A stretch of 64,000 nt of DNA from a virus. Lineage: Duplodnaviria > Heunggongvirae > Uroviricota > Caudoviricetes. The DNA is taken from the IMG/VR virus record IMGVR_UViG_3300037454_000941, positions 138,063 through 202,062 of that record. One strand, 5' to 3'. Below the pieces are notes generated by a model. The model was not told the origin of the DNA, made no database searches, and was given only the letters and a program-made list of their open reading frames with translations. Below, one piece after another: positions 61,636 through 64,000 of this stretch. How positions within the stretch are numbered: the stretch's first letter is position 1; each line of letters begins with the position of its first letter. The translations under genes were made by a program, and so were the position numbers.

Positions 61636-61670
61636 CAAGCTCACCGCATTTAGGCGGTGCGTAGTTGACA
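61636..61670 (+). repeat. solo copy of IS605-type subterminal hairpin (CAAGCTCACCGCATTTAGGCGGTGCGTAGTTGACA)
   Basis: near-identical to the RE hairpin at 56391-56422. Confidence 0.55.
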
Positions 61671-61696
61671 TACAAATCAACAAGAGGATAACAATC

Positions 61697-61993
61697 ATGA
61701 AAAATCCATTTAAGGCAGTATTGTCCAACAACACAGCACGTTCCGCGGCCATTGTCGTGGGGTCCGCGGTGGCCTACATCGCGCTCGCCAAGGGATTTGG
61801 CGTATTCCGCAAGAAGTTCGGCAAGTCCCCGAAGCTCAAGCCGCTCTTCGATGCATTCGGTGGTCCTCGCGGCGAAGAAAATGCTCAGTCCAATGCCGTG
61901 CATGGCATTCGCCGCGCCGCCGAGAATGCTTGCGAGGTGACCGACTGTGCTCGTCCGAAGGCCGAAGGTACTTGCGAGTGCGCCGGCTATTAG
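61697..61993 (+). CDS. hypothetical protein
   Basis: 98 aa; lies between two IS-end hairpin copies. Confidence 0.5.
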   Translation: MKNPFKAVLSNNTARSAAIVVGSAVAYIALAKGFGVFRKKFGKSPKLKPLFDAFGGPRGEENAQSNAVHGIRRAAENACEVTDCARPKAEGTCECAGY

Positions 61994-62011
61994 TTGCCGG
62001 ACTCCTGAGTG

Positions 62012-62023
62012 TTTGCTATATTA
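62012..62023 (+). promoter_or_regulatory. extended -10 promoter motif (TTTGCTATATTA)
   Basis: upstream of AGGAG-led ATG 62049. Confidence 0.45.
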
Positions 62024-62048
62024 ACGGCAAACAACCAGGAGAAACTCT

Positions 62049-62672
62049 ATGTTAAATTTATTCAAGCGCCAGTGGTTACCGACATACGTGAGGGACATGC
62101 TGAATAGCACGTTCCCTTCTTCTGTATTCAAGGTCGAATTCCGCATTGATGGCAAGATGGTTGACCTGGACGACGTGAAGGGAAACGAACGTCACATTGA
62201 CGAGGGTACGGTTACTTACACTGACACGAACGGGGACAAGACGGTGGCCCGCCTCATGCTGTACAACGGTAAGGTGACGGAGGGCACAATTCGTTGCGCG
62301 AATGACACGTTCATACTACTGGGCATCGAACCCGGTGTCCGCGAATTGCCGACGGTGGGTAAGCCCGGGGATGTTGAGAAATATCGGGAAAAGCTGAAAC
62401 GGAAACTATCGGATGCGATTGGTTACTGTCCGGGGTCCTTCCTGGACCGCAACCAACAGTATCCGGTCACCGATATACCCAGGTGGGGTCGCGGTCGACT
62501 GTTGAACCTGTTGGCCAACATGGGTACGGAGGGTATCACCGCGTTCGTGTCCTTTGACCTGGATGATGCATCATTGAGCCAGCTGGAAAAGTTTAATGAC
62601 GAACTGGAGCTGGCCATGCTGGTGGAAGACTCGCCGAAGCCTGAGCTGATTGATGCCGCAGGCACGGTATAA
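62049..62672 (+). CDS. hypothetical protein
   Basis: 207-aa ORF. Confidence 0.55.
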   Translation: MLNLFKRQWLPTYVRDMLNSTFPSSVFKVEFRIDGKMVDLDDVKGNERHIDEGTVTYTDTNGDKTVARLMLYNGKVTEGTIRCANDTFILLGIEPGVRELPTVGKPGDVEKYREKLKRKLSDAIGYCPGSFLDRNQQYPVTDIPRWGRGRLLNLLANMGTEGITAFVSFDLDDASLSQLEKFNDELELAMLVEDSPKPELIDAAGTV

Positions 62673-62680
62673 TGACGTGA

Positions 62681-62725
62681 TGCATTTGTGAACTACCCAC
62701 GCCCTAAAGGGCGTGAGCTTGCGAC
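62681..62725 (-). repeat. inverted copy of IS605-type LE-like hairpin (complement reads GGCGGTCGCAAGCTCACGCCCTTTAGGGCGTGGGTAGTTC)
   Basis: matches 54966-54998 in reverse orientation. Confidence 0.55.
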
Positions 62726-62789
62726 CGCCTCTTTGTCAAATTTGTACAAAAAACACCGGGAACTCCCGGTGTTTTCTGTGTGAAGTCAT

Positions 62790-63686
62790 CTAGCGGGTGA
62801 GACGATCTACCGAATTGAAGCAGATTGCTTTGATGGAATCGTCGGAGAGGTGAGAGGAGTCCCCGAACACGCTCTCGAAGCAGGCTCGGAGGTCAGACGT
62901 GGTAACTGATTCCTCGGCCACCTTGCCGCTCATCATGAAGTCCTTCACCGCACCGGCTGCTTTCTTGAGGCCGGCCTTGAGACCGCTCAGTTTGCCCTTC
63001 TTCGGTTCAGCGGACTTGGTTTCCGGCTTGGTGTCCGGTTTCTTCTCGTCTTTCTTGTCCTCTTTTTTGTCATCCTTCGGGGCATTCTTTGCGCTGTCGG
63101 CATCTTTCTTGCCCTGCTTGTCGCCCTTGAACTTCTCGCCGAAATTCTTGCGATCTTCATCGTACTGCGCCCTCTTCATGGCCGGGGTAATGAACCCGCC
63201 CGGTCCGCGGCGGCGCTTGACTTTCCCCTGGTTCTGGTCGTCCCACATGAGACCGCCATCCTCGCTGGCCAGGTATTCTTCGATAGTGGGGCGGAGAACG
63301 TTCTCGACCCAGGCATCCAGTTCACCCGGGGCAATCTCCGCATAGCGTTCAAGGGTGTGCTCAGCCGACTTTACGCTGCGCTTGAGGGTGCCAACCTGGC
63401 GCCTCCACTGTTTCTCCATGGAATGGATATCCGCGTTGTGGGCGGACAGTTCCTCCGGGGTCATCGTCTTGGCTTTAGGACCGGCGTGGGTCCCGCCGAA
63501 GGTGTTCTGGCCGAGCGATGCCGATGTCCCGTTGGGAATCCTTACATCCATAGTTGCGCCAGTGCCTTCCAGCTTGGCGAACATGCCCCTGGCCGAGTTG
63601 ATCAGGTCGCGTTCCTTGTCGGTAGTGGCCACGCTTTCCAGCTGGGCCGTAAATTCTAGGAGTCGCTTGTAGTTTTCGAGTTGCAT
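62790..63686 (-). CDS. hypothetical protein with Lys/Asp-rich low-complexity C-terminal half
   Basis: 298-aa minus-strand ORF. Confidence 0.55.
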   Translation of the reverse strand: MQLENYKRLLEFTAQLESVATTDKERDLINSARGMFAKLEGTGATMDVRIPNGTSASLGQNTFGGTHAGPKAKTMTPEELSAHNADIHSMEKQWRRQVGTLKRSVKSAEHTLERYAEIAPGELDAWVENVLRPTIEEYLASEDGGLMWDDQNQGKVKRRRGPGGFITPAMKRAQYDEDRKNFGEKFKGDKQGKKDADSAKNAPKDDKKEDKKDEKKPDTKPETKSAEPKKGKLSGLKAGLKKAAGAVKDFMMSGKVAEESVTTSDLRACFESVFGDSSHLSDDSIKAICFNSVDRLTR

Positions 63687-63755
63687 GGATTACTCCGTAA
63701 AAGTCATGTTCCGCTATAGCTTATATGGGTGGCGTAATTGCCATTCGGGGCATTT

Positions 63756-63767
63756 TTTGCTATATTC
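63756..63767 (+). promoter_or_regulatory. extended -10 promoter motif (TTTGCTATATTC)
   Basis: 5 nt upstream of ATG 63773. Confidence 0.5.
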
Positions 63768-63772
63768 ATCGC

Positions 63773-64000
63773 ATGGAAAAGAACAAGAAAGACCGCAGGA
63801 TGGCCAAGACGAACGCCAAACTGCTGAACGAGGTCGGCGAACTGTCCAGGGCGCTGAGCGAGGTTAAGCGGGGGCGATGTTTCTATATGCTCACTAGCGA
63901 GAACACCCGCAAGCTGGGTGGGGTGCATACGATCACGGGACTGAGGAAATTCTTTTGCCGCAAGGCAGATGCGCTGTCGTACATGAATTCCCTAATTGCC
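63773..64000 (+). CDS. hypothetical protein, 3'-partial at window end
   Basis: open frame MEKNKKDRRMAKTNAKLLNEVGELSRAL... continues past 64000. Confidence 0.4.
   Translation, partial: MEKNKKDRRMAKTNAKLLNEVGELSRALSEVKRGRCFYMLTSENTRKLGGVHTITGLRKFFCRKADALSYMNSLIA

Noticed and set aside
1-64000. CRISPR arrays
   Set aside because: No regularly spaced direct repeats of 24-48 nt were seen anywhere. The only tandem repeats (2463-2755, 54536-54945) are long and non-identical.

Overview
This 64-kb window looks like part of a large bacteriophage genome (GC about 50%, mostly plus-strand, tightly packed small genes), possibly a jumbo or rumen/gut phage. Its outstanding feature is a translation toolkit. 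About 40 tRNA genes sit in an array at 5384-9051, a second array of 13 lies at 45553-46629, and seven more are scattered at 32794-32868, 51468-51543 and 53811-57073; none encodes CCA. Alongside them are a phage tmRNA (52029-52387), a CCA-adding enzyme, a PTH2-like peptidyl-tRNA hydrolase, an EF-Ts N-domain mini-protein and an RlmN/Cfr-like radical SAM methyltransferase with a flavodoxin-like partner. A scattered NAD/ADP-ribose module is present: NadV-like NAPRTase, NMNAT-Nudix fusion and a PARG-like macrodomain hydrolase. Other identifiable genes are dUTPase, a nucleotidyltransferase, HD and HAD hydrolases, Nif3, a MoxR AAA+/VWA pair, an ABC-type ATPase next to an SPFH lipoprotein, and an NlpC/P60 lysis cluster on the minus strand. 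Mobile elements include two IS200/IS605-type tnpB-only elements (3792-5183, 55110-56408) with subterminal hairpin copies elsewhere, an HNH homing endonuclease, an IS607-like serine recombinase and a DUF559 pseudogene. A conserved extended -10 promoter (TTTGCTATATTT) sits 5-25 nt upstream of at least 19 start codons, implying leaderless or short-leader transcripts. The most unusual region is 51050-53810: about 2.7 kb of GC-rich, GNRA-rich, ORF-free sequence flanked by tRNAs and containing the tmRNA, best read as one or more large undescribed structured ncRNAs. Further candidate ncRNAs lie at 32506-32790, 2463-2755 and 54536-54945. All coordinates were read by hand and may be off by 1-2 nt.
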